Source of the DNA: Minisyncoccota bacterium
GTDB lineage: Bacteria; Patescibacteriota; Minisyncoccia; Phycocordibacterales; JABAAK01
Direction: 5' to 3'
NCBI GenBank assembly: GCA_963668425.1
Contig: OY764332.1
Coordinates: 460,336-524,335, forward strand
DNA: 64,000 nt
Under the pieces are notes generated by a model. That model was given only the letters and a program-made list of their open reading frames with translations, was not told the DNA's origin and searched no databases. Below, piece after piece: positions 10,289 through 23,024 of the stretch (its first letter is position 1; each line of letters starts with the position of its first letter). A program made the position numbers and the translations under genes.

Positions 10289-10600
10289 CTCGGGTATCCG
10301 TTGCACATGCTCTGTTTTGAAGCATTGCATATCTTGTATTCCTCGTGCGGCCTAACCCGCCTGCAAAGTACTGTGCCTCACGATCTTTCTAAAAGGCACT
10401 CGGAATGCAAATATGCAATGCTTTTATTTGCGTATGTTCAAACGTGTACCTCTCGTTGGTGGATAGGGGCGATATTTGGTTAGTGTTGTGCTAAACGGAG
10501 TGATCTTCGCTGGGTGTGCATCACGTGTTTCATACCGCAGTTTTGTTGTATGTGCAACGGATACCTCTCGCCGGTGGATAGGGGTGGTGTCTGTGTGTAG
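10289..10600. repeat. Copy 1 of a roughly 290-bp intergenic repeat element with 15-bp terminal inverted repeats (GGTATCCGTTGCACA ... TGTGCAACGGATACC)
   Basis: About 95% identical to 12004..12290. It starts directly after the ftsW stop codon. Confidence 0.8.
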
Positions 10601-10639
10601 GGTCTGTGGTGTGTTTGGTATGGTATTATATTTTTTAAT

Positions 10640-11233
10640 ATGCAGTCATATTTATTCTTTGGTCCTCCGGGTTCGGGCAAAGGGACGCAGAAAGATTTAT
10701 TAGCTGGTTTTTTGGAAGGGCGAAGTGGAAATTTTCCTGTTGTTATAGAAACTGGGCAATTGTTGCGTGATTTTGTTGCAGAGAAGGACACGTTGGTTAA
10801 GCGATGTCTCGCTGATGTTATGGCAAGTGGTGGATTGGTGCCATCTGCATTTCCTATTAGTGGCTGGGTGCAATCTCTATTGCAAGAGGTGGGGAATTGC
10901 GAGCATGTTATTGTTGATGGTGCTGGTAGAAAGTTGCTTGAGGCAATAATTATTGTTGAGTTGTTGCAGTTTTTTCCTGATTCGCATATTCATATTGTGT
11001 TCCTTGAGGTGCCTGATAGTGAGGTGACGGATCGGTTACTGAAACGAGGGAGGGCGGATGATAAGGTTGATGTTATTAAAACCCGTCTTGAGAAGTATAA
11101 AGACAAGAAAGTAGGAACTACGGCGTCTATTAATTTTTTGCGGAAGAATGATGAGGTTGCTTTTCATGCTGTGGATGGTGTTGGGAAAATAGAGGAAGTG
11201 CATCAGCGAGTGCGTGATACACTTGGGATATGA
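10640..11233 (+). CDS. adk: Adenylate kinase (short type, no zinc lid)
   Basis: P-loop FGPPGSGKGTQ; followed by map as in canonical gene order. Confidence 0.8.
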   Translation: MQSYLFFGPPGSGKGTQKDLLAGFLEGRSGNFPVVIETGQLLRDFVAEKDTLVKRCLADVMASGGLVPSAFPISGWVQSLLQEVGNCEHVIVDGAGRKLLEAIIIVELLQFFPDSHIHIVFLEVPDSEVTDRLLKRGRADDKVDVIKTRLEKYKDKKVGTTASINFLRKNDEVAFHAVDGVGKIEEVHQRVRDTLGI

Positions 11234-12003
11234 TTGTTACAGAGGAGAGCCAAAGAGAAATATTGTGTGAGGCGGGGAAGCGGCTACGGAAAGTGCTTGA
11301 TGCTGTTTTAGATCGTATTACTGCCGGAATAGATGCAAAATCTTTGGATGCCTTGGCACACAGTATGATTGTGGACGGCGGTGATACCCCAACCTTTTTG
11401 GGGTATCGTCCTCCTGGAGTGGCAGAAGGATATCCGGCGGTGTTGTGTGTGTCGGTGAATGATGAGGTGGTTCATGGCGTTCCCAAAAAGGAGACCGTGT
11501 TCCAGGAGGGGGATGTGGTATCTGTTGATTGTGGACTGCAACATAGAGGAGTGTTTGTTGATGCGGCGTGTACTGTAGCTGTTGGCGAAGGAGATGAAAA
11601 AGCAAGAGATTTGTTGGAGGCGAATAAAAAGGCACTACGGCATGCGTTGGTGTTTGCTCGGGCGGGTGCGACGACGGGTGATATTGGAAGTGCGGTTGAG
11701 ACCATTGCAGAGGAGTATGGTTTTGTGACGCCACCTGAGTTGGGTGGGCATGGTGTTGGTAGTGCGCAGCATGAGGATCCGTTTATACCGAATATCGGAG
11801 ATCCAGGTGCTGGAGAGCGTTTGCAAGAGGGGCAAGTGCTTGCGATAGAGCCGATTTTTTTTGAAGGGGAAAATCCGCATGTTGTTGTTTCAGATGACGG
11901 GTTTACTTATAAAACAGTAAGTGGCGATCGGTCGTCACATTTTGAGCATACCGTGCTTTTGACGGAGGGGGTGCCGGTGTTGGTGACGGGAGAGATGTGG
12001 TAG
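11230..12003 (+). CDS. map: Type I methionine aminopeptidase
   Basis: MetAP fold with metal-ligand residues (D..D..H..E..E pattern); overlaps adk by 4 nt. Confidence 0.85.
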   Translation: MIVTEESQREILCEAGKRLRKVLDAVLDRITAGIDAKSLDALAHSMIVDGGDTPTFLGYRPPGVAEGYPAVLCVSVNDEVVHGVPKKETVFQEGDVVSVDCGLQHRGVFVDAACTVAVGEGDEKARDLLEANKKALRHALVFARAGATTGDIGSAVETIAEEYGFVTPPELGGHGVGSAQHEDPFIPNIGDPGAGERLQEGQVLAIEPIFFEGENPHVVVSDDGFTYKTVSGDRSSHFEHTVLLTEGVPVLVTGEMW

Positions 12004-12340
12004 TGCTCGGGTATCCGTTGCACATGCTCTGTTTTGAAGCATTGCATATCTTGTATTCCTCGTGCGGCCTAACCCGCCTGCAAAGTACTGTGTCTTACGA
12101 TCTTTCTAAAAGGCACTCGGAATGCAAATATGCAATGCTTTCATTTGCACATGTTCAACGTGTACCTCTCGTTGGTGGATAGGGGCGATATTTGGTTGGT
12201 GTTGTGCTAAACGGGGTGATCTTCGCTGGGTGTGCATCACGTGTTTCATACCGCAGTTTTGTTGTATGTGCAACGGATACCTCTCGTATGTGAATAGGGC
12301 GATACTTATTTTTTGTTTAATTAAAGAAAGTGCTTGTCGC
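12004..12340. repeat. Copy 2 of the roughly 290-bp inverted-repeat element (direct orientation relative to copy 1)
   Basis: Same terminal inverted repeats. It starts 1 nt after the map stop codon. Its tail (ctcgtatgtgaatagggcgatacttattttttgtttaattaaagaaagtg) matches the tail of copy 3. Confidence 0.8.
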
Positions 12341-12424
12341 GGGTACTATGTCGTGTTTATTTTTTTACTTTTGTGTGTGGCACTATGCAATTTTTTGTTT
12401 TGAGGGTGTGGTAGCATAAGGGTA

Positions 12425-12748
12425 ATGCGAGCCGTTTTACTTTTTTTAGTGTTGGTTATTGTGGTGCTTGTGGCGTATATATTGGTGCCAGTTGAGCGGA
12501 TGCAGTTGCAGGCGAAGGATACTATCCAGCAAGCACAATTGCTTCATACTTCACTTGATTTTGATACTGTTGTTGATGGCTTTGGTGCACTGCTTGAGAA
12601 ACAGGAGTATGTGTTGAATGGAGAAGGAGAGGTGGTTGAGCAAGGGGGTGCTGCCAATATGTCGGATGTGTTGGTTCCGGATACGTCATCTCAGAGTGCT
12701 GATGAGGTGGTGCCTGGAGAGGGAGATGGTGCAGTGTTGGTGCGGTGA
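12425..12748 (+). CDS. Hypothetical protein with N-terminal TM anchor and acidic C-terminus
   Basis: 107-aa ORF. The 45 bp around its start is duplicated at 13243..13287. Confidence 0.35.
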   Translation: MRAVLLFLVLVIVVLVAYILVPVERMQLQAKDTIQQAQLLHTSLDFDTVVDGFGALLEKQEYVLNGEGEVVEQGGAANMSDVLVPDTSSQSADEVVPGEGDGAVLVR

Positions 12749-13703
12749 GCGTTGTCAATTGTTTTGCTCGTTGCATTACAAGCAAACAAACCCAACACTT
12801 TTGTGTTGGGTTCTTTCGACTGATTTCCATCAGCCATTCGGAAGACAGGTCTTTTCACCCTGCTCTATCCATCCTCCACATCCAAATGAGATGTTGGAGA
12901 ATCATTCGAAAGAATGTTTGCATTGTGAGCCACCTATAGCGGCGCGTTCGAATGCCGGCGAATTTGGTATAGTCCGGCTGCTGAGGCGCCGTGCTGCGGT
13001 GGCTTTCCACAATTCCATAAAGTAACCCGCTGTGGATTATCTTATGGAATTGTGGAACATTCATTCTTTCTTCTTTGAATGTCCTTTACTGTTTCTACTA
13101 TAGCATGTATATTTTTCTTTGTCAAGCCCCTAGAAAGAACTTGATTTTATAGGGTTTTGGTGAAAATAGTGTTGGTTTGCTTGAATTTGTGTCTACTATA
13201 TACATTATATTGTTTAATTTTCTTGATTTTGTGTAGTTGGCTGTTAGAGGTGCTTGTGGCGTATATATTGGTGCCAGTTGAGCGGATGCAGTTTCTAAAA
13301 AGGGCAATAATTTTATCATAAGATTTTATATGATTTGTCAAGAGATATAGGAGGAGGCATCGCGCAAGGATACTACCTTGTGATTTGCTATTTTTTGGTT
13401 TTATTGCGTAATATTCCTTGCTATTATGGGGTTTTGTGGCATAACTATGGGTTGTGTTCTTAGTTTTTATGTGGTATAGTGTTGTTGACAAGTATTCTGT
13501 ATGTTATGCCATCAAGCACAACTATCCGTTACTACGTTGCTAATACCCTTTTGAATAACAGGGTTTTGGTCTGTATTTGGTGATTTTTTCTTCCGATATG
13601 ATCTGGGAGAGAGAGGTTGGTTTTTTTCGTATATTATGGTATGATGATATTGGTTACTGTTTTGTTTTCAAACAAACCCGTGGCCAAGCTACATCATATT
13701 ATT

Positions 13704-14723
13704 ATGAAAATACAAGTAAAAAAATTAGTAGATAAAGCATTGGAGTCGCTGACAGACCAACAGCGTCGGGTGCTTGTATTGCGTTATGGCTTGGACGGTA
13801 AAGGAAAACGAACGCTACAAGAAATCGCCGATGAATACTCATTGACCAGGGAGCGAATTCGCCAAGTTCAAAACATGGCTATTAGTGCTCTCGGCAAAGA
13901 TACCTGTGCGGGTCTGCTTGCCTCTGCCATGACCTATCTTGAAGACATGTTGCGCAAGTGCGGTGGTGTGACTTCTGTTGATGCTTTGTGTGCAAGTTGT
14001 GAATTTGCCACGAAAGCGGAGCATAATTATATTCACCTGCTTTTGATGGTCGGTAATTCTTTCTCTGTTTCTGATGCGACTGATGCTGTTGCTCAGTATT
14101 GGTATGTTGATGAAAAGCATAAGGGAGCTATTGACGCAACCTTGGACAGAGTGCATGAGGATGTTGAGAATCGTGGTGAGGTATTGCTGACTGATGATGA
14201 TATGCGACAATTGTTTGACGCGTTTAGTGTTGAACATAAAGAGCATCTCCCTATGTACAGTGACGCCATGCGTCTTTCGCTTAAGGTGAAGCAGAATCCC
14301 CTCGGTGAATGGGGTCTTGCAAGCCACCCTGAGGTTGCTTTGAATGGTCTTGCTGGTTACATTCGTCTTGTGCTTCGTGATGCGGGTGAGCCGCTTCATT
14401 TTAACAAAGTTGCTGATCGGATTTCAGGGCTGCGTGGTAAGAAGTGCCATCGTGGTAGCTGTCACAACGAATTAGTGCGACGAGATGAGTTTATTCTTGT
14501 TGGTCGCGGTCTGTACGCTCTTGACAGTATGGGATACCGTCCTGGTACTATTGCTGACATTATTGCTGCAGGTATTAAAGAGTTCGGACCTATGACACAG
14601 AAAGAGGTTATTGAATATGTGAGCCGTGAGCGTCATGTGAAGACACAATCTATCGTTTTGACACTCGGTAAGAAAGGTATGTTTACAAGAGATGAGCAGA
14701 GTCGGTACTGTTTGGCAGTATAA
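13704..14723 (+). CDS. Sigma-70 region-4 HTH domain protein with a large uncharacterised C-terminal domain (not a complete sigma factor)
   Basis: The N-terminus LTDQQRRVLVLRYGLDG...TLQEIADEYSLTRERIRQVQNMAISAL is a classic sigma-70 region 4. Regions 2 and 3 are absent. An AT-rich non-coding stretch of about 950 bp lies upstream. Confidence 0.6.
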   Translation: MKIQVKKLVDKALESLTDQQRRVLVLRYGLDGKGKRTLQEIADEYSLTRERIRQVQNMAISALGKDTCAGLLASAMTYLEDMLRKCGGVTSVDALCASCEFATKAEHNYIHLLLMVGNSFSVSDATDAVAQYWYVDEKHKGAIDATLDRVHEDVENRGEVLLTDDDMRQLFDAFSVEHKEHLPMYSDAMRLSLKVKQNPLGEWGLASHPEVALNGLAGYIRLVLRDAGEPLHFNKVADRISGLRGKKCHRGSCHNELVRRDEFILVGRGLYALDSMGYRPGTIADIIAAGIKEFGPMTQKEVIEYVSRERHVKTQSIVLTLGKKGMFTRDEQSRYCLAV

Positions 14724-14779
14724 GTGCTTGATTTGCACTGTGAGATCCTGTTTGCATTGACTCTATCTACGATTAACCG

Positions 14780-14811
14780 AAAAACCCCTTCCTATATATG
14801 GAGGGGTTTTT
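14780..14811. terminator. Rho-independent terminator
   Basis: AAAACCCCTTCC-tatatat-GGAGGGGTTTTT. Confidence 0.6.
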
Positions 14812-14934
14812 CGCTTTGTAGGAGCGTTGGTTGTTGTAGATATCGTAGTATACTGTTTGTATATTTTGTATTAATGTCTTGTGTTCGTTATTTTTAGAGA
14901 CAATATTTATATTCCTTTTTTTAAGGTTGGATTC

Positions 14935-16326
14935 ATGTGCCTCTTTTTTGCGTATATAGCGTACCTTGCGTATAACGTTGTTACGCCGGGTTACTTTATA
15001 GATGCTTTTTTTACCAATCCTTCTTTTTTTGTGGCGATTAAGTTTGCTGCGATATATTTGGTGTTTTGTGCTTTGGTAACATTGGTGTTGTCGGCAGCGC
15101 TGTATGCATATATTGAGGTTGGGCGGTATCGGCAGCAGGTGACATTTTTGAGTGAGGAGCGGAAGATTCTTGAGGTGCGTATTCCTGAGACGGGGCAGGA
15201 AACCCTCGCGTCTATGGAGGCGTTTCTTGAGATGATTTCATATGGTAGTGGTGAGGGGCGTTGGTTTCCGGTGTGGTGGAATGGTAAAAAGCGGGTGCTG
15301 TATTCATTTGAGATTATGTCCAAGGGTGGGATTGTTTCATTTGTTATACATACACGAGCGACTGTTGTAGAGGCAGTGTCATCGGCTATATATTCATTTT
15401 ACCCAAGAGCACAAGTCACAGAATCTGATGATTACGTATATGATTTTGAGTATGATGAGGAGGCGTATGATGTGTTTAGTATTGAGTGGAAGTTTAAAGA
15501 GGATAATGCGTTGCCAATTAAGACGTATGTGGAATTTCAAACTTTGCGGGAGCCAGTGGTTGCCCTTGATAAGACAACACAGCAGCCGATTGATCCGATC
15601 GCTGCGTTGTATGATTTTTTTGGCTCTATTTCCGGAGATGAGCAGTTGTGGGTACAGTATGTTTTTCGCACGCAGAAGTATAGTCGTGCTGAGGAGAGTG
15701 CGAGCGATGATCCGTTGGTGCGGGAGTATTGGAAGAAGCAGAAGTTTCCGGAGGAGGTACACGATGCGTTGGTTGCACTTGAGAAGAAAGTGCGTGGCGG
15801 TAGAGAAGAAGGGGTAGAGCCCGTGGTGTTGAACGCTGCGGAAGAGCGTTTACGAGAGATTGGCGCGCGCATTGCTGAGAAGCAGGCGTTGGAGGTAGGA
15901 ATACGGTCGTTGTATATTGCGAAAAAGGATGCATTTGACAGAGGAAGGATTCCCCCCTTTTTGTCGGTGTATAAACTGACGAACGCTGCCGATAATGCTT
16001 TGGTGCCACAAGGGACGATTCTTGAAGATGTTTCGCACATTCCTGCGCTTGAGCCGCCGCGGAGGGATAAACTTGAGGCGAAGAAGCAGTTGTTGCAGTT
16101 GTATCGGGATCGGATGTTTTGGTTTGCACCGGCGTTGCGTGAGTTTCAGCCATCTGATGAGACACGGAAGGGGGTTGATGGTCCGACGTTGAAGCGGGTT
16201 GCAACTGTGATGTCTACCGAGACCTTGGCGACTATTTGTCACTTTCCGACCGGTTATATTAAGACACCAACGGTACGGCGAGTGCTTTCTACCGAGGTTG
16301 AACCGCCTGAGAACCTACCTATATAA
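14935..16326 (+). CDS. Hypothetical membrane protein (two N-terminal TM helices, about 400-aa soluble domain), translationally coupled to mltG
   Basis: The stop overlaps the mltG start (ATAATGA). A putative promoter TTGGTT-16-TATACT lies at about 14830..14858. Confidence 0.45.
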   Translation: MCLFFAYIAYLAYNVVTPGYFIDAFFTNPSFFVAIKFAAIYLVFCALVTLVLSAALYAYIEVGRYRQQVTFLSEERKILEVRIPETGQETLASMEAFLEMISYGSGEGRWFPVWWNGKKRVLYSFEIMSKGGIVSFVIHTRATVVEAVSSAIYSFYPRAQVTESDDYVYDFEYDEEAYDVFSIEWKFKEDNALPIKTYVEFQTLREPVVALDKTTQQPIDPIAALYDFFGSISGDEQLWVQYVFRTQKYSRAEESASDDPLVREYWKKQKFPEEVHDALVALEKKVRGGREEGVEPVVLNAAEERLREIGARIAEKQALEVGIRSLYIAKKDAFDRGRIPPFLSVYKLTNAADNALVPQGTILEDVSHIPALEPPRRDKLEAKKQLLQLYRDRMFWFAPALREFQPSDETRKGVDGPTLKRVATVMSTETLATICHFPTGYIKTPTVRRVLSTEVEPPENLPI

Positions 16327-17519
16327 TGAGTAGTATGCATCAGTATCTTATTGTAATTCAGGAACACCTTGTTGGTTTGGGTGGATTGTTTGTGTCTTTT
16401 TTTTCGCGACGTAGGTTGGTGTATTGGTATGGTATTGCTAGTTTTTTATTTTTGCTTTTTTGCTTGTTGGCACTTTTTCTTTTGCCTCCGCTGGGGGAAG
16501 AGCGGTATCCGCAGGTGTTTATTGCTTCTGAAGGAAAGACGATACGGGCTATTGCTGGTGATCTGCGTCGACAGAATATTATTAGTTCTCCATCTCTTTT
16601 TATTTTTTCTAACTATCTATTTGGTGGGAATATTATGTGGGGTTCATACCATTTTCACAAATCACGCGGTGTAATTTTTCATGCACATGATTTGTATGTT
16701 GGCAGACAAAATATGCCACTTCGAAGGGTAAGGATACCTGAGCGTAGTGATGCGTATAAGATGGCTGATATATTTGAGAAGGAGTTTCCCGATTTTGATC
16801 GTGATGCATTTTTGGAGGTAGCGCTTCCACATCACGGTTATTTATATCCGGATACGTATTTATTTGCGCATAGTTACGGTTCTGTAAATCACCTTGTTGA
16901 AGTCATGACGGAAACTTTCAGGCAAAGAACAGCTGATTTGTTTGCTTCATATACTGGTGATTTAACTATGGATGAGATTGTGACGTTGGCGTCTATTGTT
17001 GACCTTGAGGCAAGTCGTTTTGAGGACAGGCGAAAAATAGCGCAGGTGCTTTTGAATCGGTTGGAGATTAATATGCCGTTGCAGGTTGATGTGTCGTTTT
17101 TGTTTATTGAGGATAAACATACCTTTCAGATCAGTCGTGATGATTTGGCTTCTGATGATCCCTCTAATACATATAAGTATGCTGGTATTCCTCCTATACC
17201 AATTACAAATCCGATCCGTGCATCTATTGAGGCCGTTATGGACCCAGAAGAGACAGACGCATTATATTTTTTGGCGGATTTTTATGGGAATACCTACTAC
17301 AGCAGAACTTTTCAAGAGCACTTGGTGAAGAAGGAGAAATACATAGACAGTGTGCGTAGGGAAAATGGTGGTCGTGTTCCTGTTGCATCAAAGCCAGATG
17401 GGGAGAAACAGGTGGTAGAGAGTGATCTAGATGAGGAGCGGCAGGTGGTAGAGGATGGAGACGGTGATGATAATGAGATGACTGCTTTGCCGTCTGGGTC
17501 GGTGATAATGAGAGAGTAG
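16326..17519 (+). CDS. mltG: Endolytic murein transglycosylase MltG (YceG family)
   Basis: N-terminal TM. YceG-like motifs MPLQVDVSFLF, YNTY and AGIPPIPITNPIRASIEAVMDPEETDALYFLAD. Confidence 0.7.
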   Translation: MSSMHQYLIVIQEHLVGLGGLFVSFFSRRRLVYWYGIASFLFLLFCLLALFLLPPLGEERYPQVFIASEGKTIRAIAGDLRRQNIISSPSLFIFSNYLFGGNIMWGSYHFHKSRGVIFHAHDLYVGRQNMPLRRVRIPERSDAYKMADIFEKEFPDFDRDAFLEVALPHHGYLYPDTYLFAHSYGSVNHLVEVMTETFRQRTADLFASYTGDLTMDEIVTLASIVDLEASRFEDRRKIAQVLLNRLEINMPLQVDVSFLFIEDKHTFQISRDDLASDDPSNTYKYAGIPPIPITNPIRASIEAVMDPEETDALYFLADFYGNTYYSRTFQEHLVKKEKYIDSVRRENGGRVPVASKPDGEKQVVESDLDEERQVVEDGDGDDNEMTALPSGSVIMRE

Positions 17520-17581
17520 GGCAACACCACCCTTTGTTTCCGTATACCTTATTTTTTGTTGTTGGTTTATACTGTTTGGTA

Positions 17582-18661
17582 ATGACTGGAGCAAAGAAGG
17601 GCGGTGTTTGTGGGCGTGTTGGGGTGTTGCTTTCTGGTGGGGTTGATTCGTCAGTTGCGGCACATTTGTTATTGCGGGACGGGTTTGCGGTATCAGGGGT
17701 GTTCATCACAATTTGGAACCCTTCGCATATTCCATGCACTGCGGCAACAGATCGGCAGGATGCAATGCGGGCATGTGCTGCGCTTGGCATTCCGTTTGTG
17801 GAGTACGATGCAACTGATGTGTACCGGAAGAAGGTGATAGATCCTTTTGTGGAGGCGTATCGCCGAGGTGAGACGCCGAACCCTGATGTGTTGTGTAATC
17901 AGTTTGTGAAATTTGGCGTGGCTTTTTCTTTTATTCTGGAAAAGGGGTTTGATTGTGTTGCGACTGGACACTATGGGCAGGTGCGAGAAGTTGGTGATGT
18001 GCGTCGGCTGTATCAATCTGTTGATACGGATAAGGATCAGACATATTTTATGTATACGATATCGCAGAAAGTGCTTGATAGGACTCTGTTTCCGGTTGGT
18101 GGGTACACAAAGCGACAGGTGCGTGCATTTGCTCATGTTGCCGATTTACCTGCTGCCGAAAAGAAGGACAGCGTTGGCTTATGTTTTTTGGGTGCTGTTT
18201 CTATGCGAGATTTTTTGTCAGCATACATTAAGACAAAGCAAGGTGACGTGTGTTTGCTTGGGAGTGGGAAGATTATTGGTACGCATGATGGTGCGTGGTT
18301 TTACACGCTTGGACAACGGCATGGGTTTAGTGTTGTAGATGTTGATCAAGGTCCATATGTTGTTGTTGGTAAGGATGTTGAGAGAAATGTGTTGTTTGTG
18401 CAAAAAGGTACTGCTGCTCGTGTGAGTGGCTCTTGTCAGTTTGCTCTCGGAGATGTTGTGTTTCGGCGATTGCCATTGGATGGTGAGGATTTTGTTGCAC
18501 GGTATCGGCATCGGGGGAATTTGTATCCGGCATCGCTTGAGGTGTGTGGTGATTCTGCTGTGGTTACCTTTGCGGAGAAACATGTGGTCGCGAAAGGACA
18601 GTCGGTGGTAGTGTATGGGAGTGATGAGGAGTGTCTCGGAGGAGGGGTGGTGCTCGGGTAG
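17582..18661 (+). CDS. mnmA: tRNA-specific 2-thiouridylase
   Basis: PP-loop VLLSGGVDSSV and the MnmA central and C-terminal domains. Confidence 0.8.
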   Translation: MTGAKKGGVCGRVGVLLSGGVDSSVAAHLLLRDGFAVSGVFITIWNPSHIPCTAATDRQDAMRACAALGIPFVEYDATDVYRKKVIDPFVEAYRRGETPNPDVLCNQFVKFGVAFSFILEKGFDCVATGHYGQVREVGDVRRLYQSVDTDKDQTYFMYTISQKVLDRTLFPVGGYTKRQVRAFAHVADLPAAEKKDSVGLCFLGAVSMRDFLSAYIKTKQGDVCLLGSGKIIGTHDGAWFYTLGQRHGFSVVDVDQGPYVVVGKDVERNVLFVQKGTAARVSGSCQFALGDVVFRRLPLDGEDFVARYRHRGNLYPASLEVCGDSAVVTFAEKHVVAKGQSVVVYGSDEECLGGGVVLG

Positions 18662-19088
18662 TCGCCGAACATGTTTTGCTTTCCTTTGGGTGCTGAGGTG
18701 GTGAGCGGAGTTAATCCCTCTTCGTTATGAGTGTGGTTTTTAGGTGAAGGCGATTTATTTGCTATGTAACCCTTGTCGGTGATATTATGTGTGTAGAGCG
18801 TAAGTGCAATTCCTTATTTTTTGGAGGTGAGAGCGTTGAGAATATCACGATTTCGTTCTCGGATTTTTTCAAAGAAGATTTTTTCTTGTCGGAAGAGAGA
18901 CCGTTCTGTGACCACTGTTTTGAATAAATGTGTTTCTGTTGAGGGTGCTTTTTTTGAGGTATCAGGTCTTTGTTATTTTCAAGATAGACAGACTGCACGT
19001 TGTTTTTATAGCAATTTGCAGGATTTGATACGGGCATTTAAGGGTAGAGATGGTAATTACTTTGAAAGTTCGCTTAGAAAGATATGAT

Positions 19089-19129
19089 TTTTGCCCGACA
19101 GGAGGAGTGTGCCTCCTGTCGGGCATTTT
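19089..19129. terminator. Strong hairpin terminator
   Basis: GCCCGACAGGAGG-agtgtg-CCTCCTGTCGGGC followed by a T-run. It may end a small gene or RNA at 18836..19087. Confidence 0.55.
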
Positions 19130-19182
19130 ACTTGTGATAGCAAGAGTTTTTTGTTAATTCACAACTTATACACAATGTGGTA

Positions 19183-19211
19183 TTGCGTTATTTTGGTGGG
19201 TTGGGTATACT
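19183..19211 (+). promoter_or_regulatory. Putative sigma-70-type promoter of the 23S-5S rRNA operon (TTGCGT-17-TATACT)
   Basis: The hexamers sit about 245 nt upstream of the mature 23S 5-prime end. The same hexamers recur at 47818 and 48466. Confidence 0.45.
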
Positions 19212-19454
19212 GAATTTGTGTTTAAGAAAAGCGATAAATTATAGGAACCTACAAGGGGCTTGATTTTTGTGTATAACGAGAAAAAAAGAACATTGCCCTT
19301 CAAAGGGCAATTTTCTTTGCACTGATCTTTTAACAATTAGCATTGCAAATAGCATGAGCAATTCGTTCATCAAATATTGATGAATAATTGGAACACAAAA
19401 ATAAAAAAAATAATAAAAATAAAGAACGTAAGCGGTTTTTGATTTCCTGTGAAG

Positions 19455-22440
<2,986 letters not shown>

Positions 22441-22567
22441 TTTACAGGAAATCAAAAACCGTTTTTTATTGAGTATTTTTATTGAGTACACTGATGAGTT
22501 GCTCATGCTATTTGCAATGCACACGATCGGACATAGTCCGAATTTTATAGACACAATACATTGTTTT

Positions 22568-22680
22568 GTTCTGGTGATGAAACCGGAGGGGAAACACCTG
22601 TTCTCATTCCGAATACAGCCGTTAAGGCCTCCAGGGGCGATGGTACTGCTTTATAGCGGGAGAGTAGCTCGTCGCCAGTA
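22568..22680 (+). rRNA. rrf: 5S ribosomal RNA
   Basis: Has a CCGAATACAGCCGTTAAG loop-C-like region and the helix I pairing CTGGTGA / TCGCCAG. Confidence 0.7.
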
Positions 22681-22810
22681 CAAAGTAGTGTATGTATTCG
22701 GGTATCCGTTGTACACTCTTTTTACTGTATCTTTGTTGATTGTCCAACGCGTACTTCTCGTGTGTGAATGAGGCGATATTTATTTTTTGTTTGATTAAAG
22801 AAAGTGATCT
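22681..22810. repeat. Copy 3 (short variant) of the inverted-repeat intergenic element, directly 3-prime of the 5S rRNA
   Basis: It starts GGGTATCCGTTGTACAC. Its tail ctcgtgtgtgaatgaggcgatatttattttttgtttgattaaagaaagtgatcttcgc matches copy 2. Confidence 0.7.
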
Positions 22811-23024
22811 TCGCAGGCACTGCACTGGCTTAGAGTATTGCTATATCATGCAATCCTTTCGTTTGTACCTGTGCAATGTGTGTCCTTCATGTGTTGGTGG
22901 GTTTTGTGTGTATTGATACTAAAAATACCTTGTAAAATAAGGTTTTTCTTGGGAGGAAGGTGTCGTTCTTGTGGATGTATGCTACAATTATATTTACTTA
23001 TAGCACATATATAAGAGGGAGAGA

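Noticed and set aside
12618-13064. ORFs of 64-135 aa in the 12.6-13.1 kb region
   Set aside because: They overlap one another in different frames, lack RBSs and lie in an AT-rich leader. I treat the region as non-coding and possibly regulatory.
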